64,000 bases of DNA from Fibrobacterales bacterium (lineage in GTDB: Bacteria; Fibrobacterota; Fibrobacteria; Fibrobacterales; JAOPTW01), in contig JAOPTW010000015.1 in assembly GCA_051532035.1 (NCBI GenBank), positions 160,001-224,000 of the forward strand, written 5' to 3'. The notes beneath the pieces are model-generated. The model made no database searches. It was not told the origin of the DNA and worked only from the letters and a program-made list of their open reading frames with translations. Of the stretch, positions 40,582 through 51,185 are shown in pieces (position 1 is the first letter of the stretch; every line of letters starts with the position of its first letter). The position numbers were made by a program, and so were the translations under genes.

Positions 40582-41721
40582 CTATTTATATATTTCTTCT
40601 AATTCTTTCCAAATTAACTGAGGTTGAAAATTCTCAAGAACCCAATCTCTCCCAGCATCTCCAAATCGTTTACATTTCTTTGCATCAGTATACAGTTCTT
40701 CCATTGCTAGGTATAATTGGCTTATATTACCAACATCTACAATAAGGCCTGTAACACCATCCTCTATCGAGTCTTTAGCCCCTGTAGCATTTGTTGTAAC
40801 TACAGGAATATTGCAGGTCGCGGCCTCCAAGGGAGTGTAAGGTAGTCCTTCGCGGTATGAAGGTAGAACATAAACGTTCATAATGGAATAAAATGGCATT
40901 ACTTCAGAGACAAATCCAGTAAATATTACAGAATTATCACTCTCCATCTTTTCTTTTACATTTAAAGGTAGAGGGTCTCCATCTTCAAACCTCCCCACTA
41001 AAAGAAGTTTTACATTTGAATATTTTTCGTTAAGCATTTTAAAAGCAGAGAAAAGTTCTTGAATACCTTTGTCCCTAACAAACCTACCAACAAACCCAAT
41101 TACAAAATCATCATCAGACAGTCCATATTGAGTTTGTAATAATACCCTGTTTTCAATTGTTAGTTTCTCTACATTGATTGCCTCAGCATCAAAGCCATTG
41201 CAACTCCCTTTATTAATCACAACCATTTTATCGGGAGAAACCTGTATATCATCTATATAGCATACTTTTACACTCTCACTTACCGTCATTATATTAGTCG
41301 CACAACCCGAAGCTATTTTTTCACAAGCGATCAGTATTGTTCTTTTTAATCCAGTTGTTGTCTGATAGCGCAAACCATGAAGCGTATAGACGCGCGTTGG
41401 TATTCTCAATAGCCATGAGGCTATAATAAAAAGAAGTGAGGCCTTGGGTGTCCCTGCATTCACCACACTCGGACGGTCTTTAATCAACAGCCACAACACA
41501 CGCATAAAGGACACTACATCTTTTTTAAGTGATATTTCACGTTCCATAGATAGTTGAGTAACGCGGCACCCTTCTCGCTCAATCACTTCTGCTAATTCGT
41601 CACCAGGTGAAGTTACCAAGTGGACATCATACCCTTTTTCAATAAACCACTTGAGCTGGCCTTTCAAAAAGGCTTTTGCAGTTAAAGGTATGGTAACCGC
41701 ATAAAGAAGCTTCTTCTTCAC
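40582..41721 (-). CDS. GT4 glycosyltransferase (CapM/PglA-like)
   Basis: TPKASLL, YTLHGL, GFVGRFVRDKGI.EL, LPSYREGLP...LEA. Confidence 0.9.
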   Translation of the reverse strand: MKKKLLYAVTIPLTAKAFLKGQLKWFIEKGYDVHLVTSPGDELAEVIEREGCRVTQLSMEREISLKKDVVSFMRVLWLLIKDRPSVVNAGTPKASLLFIIASWLLRIPTRVYTLHGLRYQTTTGLKRTILIACEKIASGCATNIMTVSESVKVCYIDDIQVSPDKMVVINKGSCNGFDAEAINVEKLTIENRVLLQTQYGLSDDDFVIGFVGRFVRDKGIQELFSAFKMLNEKYSNVKLLLVGRFEDGDPLPLNVKEKMESDNSVIFTGFVSEVMPFYSIMNVYVLPSYREGLPYTPLEAATCNIPVVTTNATGAKDSIEDGVTGLIVDVGNISQLYLAMEELYTDAKKCKRFGDAGRDWVLENFQPQLIWKELEEIYK

Positions 41722-42848
41722 TGTAGCACATCCTTTATTACTGTAACTAAGTCATTTCCTAGTGTTTTTTCAGAAAATCGGGAGACTGCTCGTTCTCGAG
41801 CCTTTATCCCCATTTCGATTCTTAACTCTTCAGATTCACACAATTTTTTGAGGGCACTATAAGACTCATCTACAACCTGCAGTTCAAACGTTGAGTTAGC
41901 GATATCAACACCTTCAACTTTATACCCCTCAATACCGTTTGTAGGGATCATTTCATCCACTGCTCCAACTTCTGTAATTACACAAGGGAGTCCTGATGCC
42001 ATCGCTTCAAGAGGAGTAAACCAAAATGTTTCCCAACTCGAAAGGGCAAAAAAGATATCTGAGCTCGCATAGAGCTTTTGCAAGTCATCACCATATACCT
42101 TACCCAAATAGTGAAAACCCGGGATGGTATCGTAGTCGTCTTTCCAACACGCCCCTTTGGGGCCTGCATAGACGAGATCGTATTTATTATCAACGTTAAG
42201 CTTGTGGAATGCCTCAAACATCTGAGCAATACCCTTACGTTCTTCATTAGCGCGGCCTACATGCACGATTTTAAGACGGTCTGTTTCTAAACCATATTTT
42301 TGCCATAGAGACACGTCTCTTTTGGTGGGGTTAAAGTCATCGCTATTAATGGAGTGCAAAATTACTGCTATTTGTTCTTCTGCAGTCCCCGCCCTCATAC
42401 AGTGGTATTTACGTATTGCCGAATTTTCTATCCATCGATTGACTAACGTTGTCGTCATAAAGGCTGTCTGATTATTTGCATCCATAATTACAGGAATACC
42501 TGTAACATTAGGGCCTGCAATTTTTTTCTTAAAAAAGCCAAGTATCGCGACATAGAGAAATGTGGTTAAATTAGTTGGCACATAGACTACATCACATTTA
42601 AATAACGCCCAAACGACCTTTATAGCGTTCGTTAGGATTGCTAAAGGCTTTTTAGGATTAAACCCTGTGTAGAGTTTTGTTGCCTTAGACCTCGCAAATA
42701 GCTCATTTTCATCATACTCATTACACAGTAATGAGAGCGAAACATCTTGATGGAGTGCAAGAGCATTTAATGTCCCTACCACATTTCTGTGGGGCCCACT
42801 AGTGCCCTTTGCATGATCAACAACTAATAACACCCGTATTTTATCCAT
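41718..42848 (-). CDS. GT4 glycosyltransferase
   Basis: HVGR....KG, ETFWFTPLEAMASGLP. Confidence 0.88.
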   Translation of the reverse strand: MDKIRVLLVVDHAKGTSGPHRNVVGTLNALALHQDVSLSLLCNEYDENELFARSKATKLYTGFNPKKPLAILTNAIKVVWALFKCDVVYVPTNLTTFLYVAILGFFKKKIAGPNVTGIPVIMDANNQTAFMTTTLVNRWIENSAIRKYHCMRAGTAEEQIAVILHSINSDDFNPTKRDVSLWQKYGLETDRLKIVHVGRANEERKGIAQMFEAFHKLNVDNKYDLVYAGPKGACWKDDYDTIPGFHYLGKVYGDDLQKLYASSDIFFALSSWETFWFTPLEAMASGLPCVITEVGAVDEMIPTNGIEGYKVEGVDIANSTFELQVVDESYSALKKLCESEELRIEMGIKARERAVSRFSEKTLGNDLVTVIKDVLQ

Positions 42849-43656
42849 TTGACTTCCTCATCGTTAGCACAAGCCTTCTCCAATATTTAATGCACGATAG
42901 ACATTGAGCACCAAATTTTTCAATAAAAGAAATGTGTCCACTTGCATACAGTTTCTTAAAATTATCCATCTCGCCTTGCCACATAGCATGCATATTAGAT
43001 GAGAGGCCAGAAGCTCCATATGCTGCTTTAAAATAATAGGCTAATGGTATATCAAAATAGTGAGAATCTCCCTTTTTGATAGTCAGCTGAAGCCACAACA
43101 AATAGTCTTCAGAATATTTTTTTGCTTCATCAAAACGAATATCCTTGCTCTTTTTAACCATCACGGTTGAAGTGGCAAACCAGTTTCTTTTTAACAGTGC
43201 TCTTTTAGAAACAGTTACTAGCTTTTGAGATGCACGTTGTATTTGGGGTACCCAATTATCAGTATCGACTGTAGAATATTTATGGCCCGTCATCAATAGA
43301 TCAGGATTCGCAACCATATATTGATATTGCAACTCCAACTTATTTGCATACCATGCATCATCAGAGTCTAAAAATGAAATGTAGAGTCCTTGAGCCTCAG
43401 AAACACCTCTATTTCGGGCCTTAGAAGGCCCACCATTTATCGGCTGTTTAATGAGACGAATAGGAATGTTATATGATGATTCCTCAACATATCTATCAAT
43501 CCACTCTACTGAGTTATCTGTACTACAATCATCAACAATAACAACTTCTAAAGGCTGCACCGTCTGTTGCACGACTGATGTTAATGCCCTCACTATAGTT
43601 TCAGATGCATTATAACAAGGAATCACTACCGACACATCTACTATGCCATTCACCAT
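42841..43656 (-). CDS. GT2 glycosyltransferase
   Basis: SVVIPCYN, VDDCSTD, GPSKARN.G, FLDSDD.W...KLE.Q, SEDY.LW. Confidence 0.9.
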   Translation of the reverse strand: MVNGIVDVSVVIPCYNASETIVRALTSVVQQTVQPLEVVIVDDCSTDNSVEWIDRYVEESSYNIPIRLIKQPINGGPSKARNRGVSEAQGLYISFLDSDDAWYANKLELQYQYMVANPDLLMTGHKYSTVDTDNWVPQIQRASQKLVTVSKRALLKRNWFATSTVMVKKSKDIRFDEAKKYSEDYLLWLQLTIKKGDSHYFDIPLAYYFKAAYGASGLSSNMHAMWQGEMDNFKKLYASGHISFIEKFGAQCLSCIKYWRRLVLTMRKSNG

Positions 43657-44750
43657 TGAAAATCCGAAAAGTATATATATGTGTATACAGGTAAAATAAT
43701 TGCATTAAACAGAGGAAATCCCTTTAGAAAATTTTTGCCATATTCAACATTTCTAGCTCTAAGTACTTCAAAACAAACTATTGGAAACATAAACCATGAT
43801 GCACCTGCAAATCGGTCACTATAAGGAGCAAATGAAAAAAAATGTAAAACACTGTTTAAAATCAAGTATGCCCCTAACCAATATTGCACTCTATATTTTT
43901 TTTCGTCTGGAATGTCGTTTCTAAATAAAAAATACAGCACCAATGGGAAGGATGAAAAAATTATAAACCCTGGTTTTGCCCCCGTTGCATATCCTGTGAC
44001 TTTAATTTTTTCTTCATCAAAATAATACAGCTCTTTTTCTTTAAGATCGATAAGCTTTGGTACTTGCGTCGATAAAAAACTATTTATTTTTGTGATAGAC
44101 AAAAATAGAGATGACATAAATACTGTAACTGCAAACTTAAAACCAAATTTACTTCTATTCAACACAAAAAAACAAATAACTAAGGGTACAAACATTAGCA
44201 TACTACCATGCCAAAAATATGCAAATGCTACGAACGAAATCCCTATTTTTTTTTGGTCCTTAAACCAACATGCAATTCCAAGCAATATAAATGATTGAGC
44301 AATCCCTTGTCTGAGTGTATTTGTAGCATAATTTAAAAAGAACGGGTACAACATAAAGCACGTTAGCATAGCCCACTTTTCTGTTCTAGCATAAATTAAA
44401 CTTAAAGTCCAATACAATCCCCCAACCATAATACCCAAGATTATTATAAAAAACACTTCATATGTCTCAGTCGCTTGTCCAACACTCCATGTTATCAATC
44501 TCCACATAAATTCTGGATCTTCTAATTGAATTAGTTCTTGAAAACTAAAGCTTCTCCATGTTTCAAATTTAGCCCAATAGCTAAATCTATCTCCGCCCGG
44601 CCAGCCAAATACAAATGTAAAAAATAGGCAGAAGAGCATACCAGTCGCAGATATAAACACCCCTACTTTACCAGCAATTTTATTTTGAGATTCAAACGAA
44701 AATAAAAATGTCGCTGTTAATAACAAATATATGGGAATAAATTCATTCAT
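43650..44750 (-). CDS. wzy: EpsG-family polysaccharide polymerase (Wzy candidate)
   Basis: Polytopic membrane protein; G.D...Y, N.LRQG.A, A..WH.S; lies among the GT genes. Confidence 0.7.
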   Translation of the reverse strand: MNEFIPIYLLLTATFLFSFESQNKIAGKVGVFISATGMLFCLFFTFVFGWPGGDRFSYWAKFETWRSFSFQELIQLEDPEFMWRLITWSVGQATETYEVFFIIILGIMVGGLYWTLSLIYARTEKWAMLTCFMLYPFFLNYATNTLRQGIAQSFILLGIACWFKDQKKIGISFVAFAYFWHGSMLMFVPLVICFFVLNRSKFGFKFAVTVFMSSLFLSITKINSFLSTQVPKLIDLKEKELYYFDEEKIKVTGYATGAKPGFIIFSSFPLVLYFLFRNDIPDEKKYRVQYWLGAYLILNSVLHFFSFAPYSDRFAGASWFMFPIVCFEVLRARNVEYGKNFLKGFPLFNAIILPVYTYIYFSDFQW

Positions 44751-44755
44751 TTAAA

Positions 44756-45613
44756 CTAATGTAACCCCTCACGCATACCCTTTATCATCTGACTAAAAGC
44801 TGAAGTGGTCTTATATGCACGACTGAACGAAACCCCAAACAACATCAACCTCCCAAGTGCAGTAAACTTCTTAAGACCCGTTAAGTTCTTCGCAATAACT
44901 CGCGAGCGATTGTGCCCAAAGCCCCACATATACTTTTTAATATCTTTTACCCGGCACCCACCTTCAGTAGACACGAGGTGAAGCAAACGCGCATTTCCAT
45001 TAAACCAAATTTTATATCCGGCTTTACGCACTCTCAAACACATCTCAAGCTCTTCATACAGAGCAGCGCCACGAGCCAATACTTCATCAATGCCACCAAT
45101 TTGACGCATTAACTCAGTTCGAATAGAAAAGTTACATCCCTGTACATGATCAACTTCTAACTCTTTTTTAGAGTGAAAGCCCTGTATAGGAGTCGCAGTC
45201 CATGAATTAAACTTACCTACCACCGCAGGTTCACTATCATTATCATACCCCGGAAGCTCAATCCCACCACCAACCATGCCAATCTGCTTATCCACATAGC
45301 ATTTTGCATGCTGTGCAACCAGCGTTGGCTCCGTACGGATATCATCATCAATATAGAGAATGACCTCATATTTTGCTTGTGCCATCCCAAAGTTACGCGC
45401 TTGAGGCAACCCTTTGAAATCAACATCTTTAAAATACCGCATTTTATCGGCATTCTGAGCTGTGATCTCTTGCGTCCACTCAGGGACATCATCTGATTGA
45501 TCTACAACAATGATTTCATAAAGCTCATAGGTTTGTTTGAGTATATCTTCAATAGCATCACGGAGAACATCATACCGATTTATTGTGGGAATTATTACAC
45601 TGACACCAATCAT
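44756..45613 (-). CDS. GT2 glycosyltransferase
   Basis: SVIIPT.NR, IIVVDQS, ARNFG, YIDDD, GCNFS.R, GGIDE. Confidence 0.9.
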   Translation of the reverse strand: MIGVSVIIPTINRYDVLRDAIEDILKQTYELYEIIVVDQSDDVPEWTQEITAQNADKMRYFKDVDFKGLPQARNFGMAQAKYEVILYIDDDIRTEPTLVAQHAKCYVDKQIGMVGGGIELPGYDNDSEPAVVGKFNSWTATPIQGFHSKKELEVDHVQGCNFSIRTELMRQIGGIDEVLARGAALYEELEMCLRVRKAGYKIWFNGNARLLHLVSTEGGCRVKDIKKYMWGFGHNRSRVIAKNLTGLKKFTALGRLMLFGVSFSRAYKTTSAFSQMIKGMREGLH

Positions 45614-46707
45614 TATTTAATTACTCCTGCAAACTTTTTTTGAATCCATGATTTCGCCTGCATCTCAAACTTAAGATGGAGTACAATACTAATACTATAA
45701 CTGATAATGAAGTAGCAGAGTACTCTCACAACTGCACCTTCTGGCCCTGATAAAAAAGGTATATGGATAACTTTTTCAAAAACTAGTTCTCCATATTTAA
45801 TGACCAATTGATGGACAAGATAGAAGGCAAAGCTCGCATGCCCGAGTAATACTAATGTTTTGTTACTCAGCACCTTAGACCACCACCCTGATTGGCCAGC
45901 AAAGCCGAGAATCAAGAGTGAAAAGGGAAAGATATAAAAAAGGTTATACCGTAAATAAGGATCAATTCCATTGTGTACTGCAAAGAAAAAGACTAACACC
46001 CCTAGGGCAGTCCACTGCAATAGTGAAATAGATTTTTTAGAGAGCCCTTGGAGAGTACCACCACTGCGGTGCAGTACTATGCCCAGCATAAAATTACCTA
46101 CCTGAGTCAATGGGCAGATACCTGCAATCCACCGACCATATTCACTTAAAAAAGAGTCTGGAGGAAGGGTCAACAGAAGAGCGGTACCACCAAATACCAC
46201 GAAACTCAATACGCTCAGTACCCTTGATTTCATCAAGATGAGAAGAGGAAAGAGTAGATAGAAAAACATTTCGACACTGATACTCCAGGAAGGACCATTG
46301 AGTGCAAAATAAAATTCATCTTTTGGGATATATGACTGTGCGAGTAATAAATGAGCCGGTAACACAGACAGTGCCCATATTCCTAGTTGCTTAATCTGAA
46401 AATAGAGAAGAGGCAATGCTGCGATAAGCGTAATAAAATGAAGCGGGTAAATTCTTGCGATACGCGCAATATAAAAACTCTTTTTACTCACCTCACCACT
46501 CTTAAGTCTCTTCTCATATGAATAAGAGAGTATATAGCCTGAGAGAATGAAGAAAAATCCAACGCCCAAATAGCCTTCATAAAAATAAGTATTATAGAGG
46601 TTCGTTAAAAGTTCACTTCCTGAGTTTCGAATAAACCCTATATGAGAGAGAAACACTGCCAAGGCAGCTACAAATCTCAAGGAAGTCAGTGCATTTAAAT
46701 GCTGCAT
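45613..46707 (-). CDS. Acyltransferase family 3 (OafA/YrhL-like)
   Basis: LTSLRFVAA..VF..H, GV.FFFILSGYIL, FY.ARIARIYPLH, PSWSISVEMFFY, G..SFAFYLVH. Confidence 0.9.
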   Translation of the reverse strand: MQHLNALTSLRFVAALAVFLSHIGFIRNSGSELLTNLYNTYFYEGYLGVGFFFILSGYILSYSYEKRLKSGEVSKKSFYIARIARIYPLHFITLIAALPLLYFQIKQLGIWALSVLPAHLLLAQSYIPKDEFYFALNGPSWSISVEMFFYLLFPLLILMKSRVLSVLSFVVFGGTALLLTLPPDSFLSEYGRWIAGICPLTQVGNFMLGIVLHRSGGTLQGLSKKSISLLQWTALGVLVFFFAVHNGIDPYLRYNLFYIFPFSLLILGFAGQSGWWSKVLSNKTLVLLGHASFAFYLVHQLVIKYGELVFEKVIHIPFLSGPEGAVVRVLCYFIISYSISIVLHLKFEMQAKSWIQKKFAGVIK

Positions 46708-47499
46708 TTACGCAACTCCATACTTACGTTTCAGTTGCTCAAAAATCGAATCTTGTGGAAAGCTTCCATTCTTATCAAAATCTTTTTCGTTACGAGACAT
46801 TTCATTCCACACATGCAGAGCATAAGACTCGGTAAAAAGAGATACATCACTTTTTAGGGTCTCATTGAAAATAGTATTCCAATTATTGTGATGTACCGGA
46901 AAGAAGTGAGTAAATGGTTTTTTATTATCCATAAGGTCATAATATTTTAATCCAGTAGTGACCCCATAGGGCCCGCCCGTTTCACCCCAGATAATTTTTG
47001 AACGATCATTGAGATAGACCACATAGCGAAAAACCTTTCTGATTTTTGCTCTGGCGGTATCATAAGGAATAAACGCATTAGGATTTTGACATCTGTCAGC
47101 CATGTGCCGCGGAAACGAATGCCCTTTAGGGAATTTAAGAACGGCAGGACAGATGAAGTCGCGCTCCTGTTCTCCAAATACAATTTCATCATTATCAAAA
47201 TCAAATTTCTTCAGACATACCATATCCGTATCGACCCAGTATCCACCCACTTTATAGAGCATCTCCCAGCGGAACCAGTCAGCAAACCCAGCATAAGAGC
47301 CCTTATAGTAGGTAAAAATTTCACTTTGAGGAACAATCTCATTTGCGTCCTTAACCACAACACCTTCGGGTACATTCCCTACATCACCATAGGTGTACAA
47401 ATGAACCTCATGTCCATTTTTAATGAATGAGGTAAGACAAAGCTGCTCGAGCTTTGAAAGAGGGTTACCGATCCAGAGTGTTTGTATTATGTTTGACAT
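46708..47499 (-). CDS. GT32-like DXD glycosyltransferase (alpha-1,4-glycosyltransferase-like)
   Basis: IQTLWIG..LS..E.LC..SF, FADWFR..MLY..GGYWVDTD, WGETGGP, SYALHVWNE. Confidence 0.85.
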   Translation of the reverse strand: MSNIIQTLWIGNPLSKLEQLCLTSFIKNGHEVHLYTYGDVGNVPEGVVVKDANEIVPQSEIFTYYKGSYAGFADWFRWEMLYKVGGYWVDTDMVCLKKFDFDNDEIVFGEQERDFICPAVLKFPKGHSFPRHMADRCQNPNAFIPYDTARAKIRKVFRYVVYLNDRSKIIWGETGGPYGVTTGLKYYDLMDNKKPFTHFFPVHHNNWNTIFNETLKSDVSLFTESYALHVWNEMSRNEKDFDKNGSFPQDSIFEQLKRKYGVA

Positions 47500-47534
47500 C
47501 TTTTGTCCTGTATGTGATACTGAGTTATCTATTA

Positions 47535-48662
47535 CTATTTCTGCAACACTATGTTGCTCACCGCTTCTCCAAAGTGTTTCCAGGTTGCTTCTGCAACAAC
47601 ACGTTTGCGGCCTTTTAATCCTTCTTCGATAAACTGCTCTGGTTTATCTACCAATCGTTCTAAAATGAGTGCGAGGGTGGTACTATCATTGGGCTCAATA
47701 AGCCACCCGCCCTGCTCTACAATTACTGCATCAGGAATACCACCATCAGTACTCCCTACACAGGGTACCGCACATGCTTGTGCTTCAAGGAAGACGAGAC
47801 CAAATCCCTCTACCTCTTTTTCCATTTTCTCTTCTCTCGTGCAGAGAACAAATAAATCCATTGCATTATAGAGTTCTACAATATCTTCTTCATTAACAAA
47901 TCCAAGCCAGGTAATCTGACTTTCAAGGCCGAGTTCTATCGCGAACTTTTTCAATTCTGACTCGTACGGTCCTCTTCCAGCAATCACATAGTGTAATTCT
48001 GCTCTTTTTTCTTTGGGTACTGCGGCAATGGCTTCTAACACCGTATCATGGGCTTTATAGGCCTGTAAGCGAGACATGGTAAACACCAGTTTTTTATCCT
48101 GGGGCAATCCATGCTTCTCCCGTAATCCATCGCTACTCTCTAAAGGAATAAATCGACCCGAATCAACACCCAACGGTACCACTTTTGTATTCGCCTTCGG
48201 TACACTTTTCTTTACTTCTCGTTCGGTATAATGGCTATTACAAATTACCACTCGTGCTTTTTTAAGGACCCTATTACGCAATAAGGTCAGCACTCTATTT
48301 TTAAGAGTCGGTGCCCCTTTCATGATATCATTACCATGAGCAATCACTACCAAGTCTTTTACACCAGCCAGGAGTGCAAGGAGCCCCTCCGGATACCACA
48401 GGTCGGTCACAACCGTTTTGGTTTTAGCATGTTTTTTTAAAAATTTAAATGCTGCCCATTCTAATTTTGGGCGCGCTGGGGGCAGGCGTGTTTCTGTAAT
48501 CTCAGGAATAGCAAAACCACCCTCAACACTTCTTTCAATAGTGAGGACTTCTATATCTGATCCACGAGCTTTTAACTCTTCAACAACCGCTACACACAGT
48601 CGTGATATTCCGCCTTCGAGCGGTGGATAGTCATAGGCAAAGAGCAGTACTGGTTTAGGCAT
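47535..48662 (-). CDS. GT4 glycosyltransferase (PimB-like)
   Basis: DYPP..GGI, AHGND, SRL...K, EGFGLVFLEAQA, GGIPDAV; ATG at 48662 overlaps the upstream stop (ORF track start 48734). Confidence 0.9.
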   Translation of the reverse strand: MPKPVLLFAYDYPPLEGGISRLCVAVVEELKARGSDIEVLTIERSVEGGFAIPEITETRLPPARPKLEWAAFKFLKKHAKTKTVVTDLWYPEGLLALLAGVKDLVVIAHGNDIMKGAPTLKNRVLTLLRNRVLKKARVVICNSHYTEREVKKSVPKANTKVVPLGVDSGRFIPLESSDGLREKHGLPQDKKLVFTMSRLQAYKAHDTVLEAIAAVPKEKRAELHYVIAGRGPYESELKKFAIELGLESQITWLGFVNEEDIVELYNAMDLFVLCTREEKMEKEVEGFGLVFLEAQACAVPCVGSTDGGIPDAVIVEQGGWLIEPNDSTTLALILERLVDKPEQFIEEGLKGRKRVVAEATWKHFGEAVSNIVLQK

Positions 48663-50034
48663 TACGCACCTCCAGCATTGTATTAAAAACTTTTGAAAAA
48701 TCTTCTGCCTGACGTGATGCCCGGTATCGGTCACTATACGGCATAGCCTTATTGTCTACATTCGTATTAAATGCTTCACACAGTCGTGTAATATCTGCCT
48801 CTCTATCAATACCGTCGAGGAAAATACCCAGACCACTTTTTTGTAACTCAGCGCGTGCCTCACTGGGGTCTGGCACCTGCGCCACGATTAATTTTTTGAA
48901 GGCAATAAAATCCACCATTTTGGCAAAGTTGTTCCACCACATTCTATTCTGTCCCGCCATAAGGAGGCAGCAATCTGCATGTTGTAAATGCACATAGACT
49001 TCGTGCTGTGGCATCTGTTGTTCAAACTGGAGAAGAGGTACGACATGATCTAACCCCTCGACCAATTGAGTAACCAGTTGTGTATTAACCTCATGATGCC
49101 CAACAAAAAGGAGCCTCCATTGATGATCAATTGAGCCCCGATCAATTGCCTCATTCAGTAACTCAAAAAAGTATTGATTGTAATAGGCCTGAAATTCGCC
49201 AATAAAGAGGAGTGTTTTTACCTCTCCATACCCTGCTGGTGCTCCTGCTTTTTCTGCTTCTGCGATATAGGCGTCATCCGCACCCGTTGGAATGAAAGTA
49301 AATCGAGTGTCATCCATGCCATACATATCATAAAAGACCGAGCTATAACTTGCTGCAAGACCGGTAATATGATCGGCATGTTCCATAGTCATTTTCATAA
49401 GATGCTGTTCTATCATTTTTTGATGCCAGCGATCTGACGCGTGTTTGATACCATATCCACAGGGGTCTCTAAAATCTGAACACCAGGGTATACCCGTCTC
49501 TTGTTGTACATAACGCCCAATTCTCAAATTAGAGTAGGGTACACAGGTAGTATAGATAAGATCAATATCATGTTCTTTTACGAGGGCTACCGCTTTTTTC
49601 TTTGCAGCTCCTGCCCAAAGCCAGTACCAATCTGGTAGGTCGCTGACATTTTCAATCATCCATTGATACAGTCTTCTTCCCAAGCCAGTTTTTCTCTTGG
49701 GTTTTTGTTTCGTTGTCTGAGCTGTGGAATCTTGCTTAGGCTTGGATGCCTTCTCTTGAAGTTGCATTGATGAAAAGCTTCTATCTGCTCCACCAAGCAT
49801 CATACGAAGGCCTCTTACCGTTGGTTCAATATATTTTGCAGTATGTATTTCTACTTCAGGAGGAAGATCGTGAATAAGTCGTTGATTCTCCCAGTACATA
49901 TAATTTTTATCGACCGTGAGAACATAGGGCTTATACCCATACTGGGTAAGATATTTTGCAAGCTTGTAAGCTCGAAAGACAGAGGCATGATTTTGTGGAG
50001 CAAAAAACGGTGTCACTATCAGAACTTTTTTCAC
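48655..50034 (-). CDS. GT4-like glycosyltransferase
   Basis: KKVLIV..FF.P, R..KLAKYL, PW.SDFRDP, IPTG.D, AKM.DF; GTG at 50034 with GAGGAG SD (ORF track start 50085). Confidence 0.8.
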   Translation of the reverse strand: MKKVLIVTPFFAPQNHASVFRAYKLAKYLTQYGYKPYVLTVDKNYMYWENQRLIHDLPPEVEIHTAKYIEPTVRGLRMMLGGADRSFSSMQLQEKASKPKQDSTAQTTKQKPKRKTGLGRRLYQWMIENVSDLPDWYWLWAGAAKKKAVALVKEHDIDLIYTTCVPYSNLRIGRYVQQETGIPWCSDFRDPCGYGIKHASDRWHQKMIEQHLMKMTMEHADHITGLAASYSSVFYDMYGMDDTRFTFIPTGADDAYIAEAEKAGAPAGYGEVKTLLFIGEFQAYYNQYFFELLNEAIDRGSIDHQWRLLFVGHHEVNTQLVTQLVEGLDHVVPLLQFEQQMPQHEVYVHLQHADCCLLMAGQNRMWWNNFAKMVDFIAFKKLIVAQVPDPSEARAELQKSGLGIFLDGIDREADITRLCEAFNTNVDNKAMPYSDRYRASRQAEDFSKVFNTMLEVRNA

Positions 50035-50039
50035 TGGTA

Positions 50040-51185
50040 CTATTCTCCTCTTCTCTTTTTCCATTGAATTATTGTCTTCGCCCAAAACATACTATTTTTT
50101 TTGAAAATTTCATGTGGATCGTACCGTTCACCGACAGAAGTACAATTATTAACACCCGCTTTACATCGCGCTTCTTCTGACTCTAGAAAATTGACTATTG
50201 AGTCGGCCAGCCCATCTGAATCATCAGGGTCTCTGAGGACAACGCCACTCCCTTTCCCTACTACTTCTGGACCACATGAGCGAGTAGTATAAATGACCGG
50301 AACTCCTAAACTCATCGCCTCTAGAGCTGCGAGTCCAAAGGTTTCAGAGTACGAGGGAAAAACTGCAACATCACAACTAATAAAATGCTTCTGTACTTCT
50401 TCTTTAGAGACAAATCCGGTAAACTGGATGGACTTTCCATAATCACCTGCGAGGCGTTTTACGTGGGTCGAGACAGGCTCACCTTGTTCGGTCACCATTT
50501 TACCCACTACATAGAGCTCTGCCGTAGGGAACTGATTCTTTACCTTGGGCCATGTGCGGGCAAGGGCATAGATCCCCTTACGACTAATCGTTGTACCTAC
50601 ATAGACCACTTTTGCTGTTGCGCTATAATCTTGTTTTCGTACATTATGCATTGGCATATCAACGGCATTATACACCACCTGATACGGCTTACTCGTCTCA
50701 AAGACTAAATTCGTCTGCAGGCCTGCATACTCAGAGACGGCAACCATAGCATCAGCGCGCTCAAGCGCTTTGCGCTCGAGATATTTAATAATTTTCGAAG
50801 GCTTGCGACCCATTTCATTTGCAAAATAAGTACTACTGCCATGAATACGAATAGTAACGGGAGCGCTTAGTTTAGGCCACCACGCAGTAAGCCCTTCAAA
50901 GTCCGGGACTTCTACCAAGTCCACTCCTGTGGCAACCAATGCTTTGATTTTTTTAAAAAGGAGCACCCGATTACACAGCACTCCAAAGAGGCCTTTCATT
51001 TTTCTGAGTCGATACACATGAACGCCTTTGATCGTCTCTTCAATGCTCCGGTCAATAGCATACAACCCCACAACATGGACGGTATGACCTTCTTGAACCA
51101 TGAGTTCGGACAATTCCTTTACGAAGATGCCGATTCCCCCACATTCCATAGGCGGAAACTCATTGCAGACCATCAGGATATTCAC
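50040..51185 (-). CDS. GT4 glycosyltransferase
   Basis: EFPP..CGGIG, YVGT...KG, FPSYSETFGLAALEAM. Confidence 0.9.
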   Translation of the reverse strand: MNILMVCNEFPPMECGGIGIFVKELSELMVQEGHTVHVVGLYAIDRSIEETIKGVHVYRLRKMKGLFGVLCNRVLLFKKIKALVATGVDLVEVPDFEGLTAWWPKLSAPVTIRIHGSSTYFANEMGRKPSKIIKYLERKALERADAMVAVSEYAGLQTNLVFETSKPYQVVYNAVDMPMHNVRKQDYSATAKVVYVGTTISRKGIYALARTWPKVKNQFPTAELYVVGKMVTEQGEPVSTHVKRLAGDYGKSIQFTGFVSKEEVQKHFISCDVAVFPSYSETFGLAALEAMSLGVPVIYTTRSCGPEVVGKGSGVVLRDPDDSDGLADSIVNFLESEEARCKAGVNNCTSVGERYDPHEIFKKNSMFWAKTIIQWKKRRGE

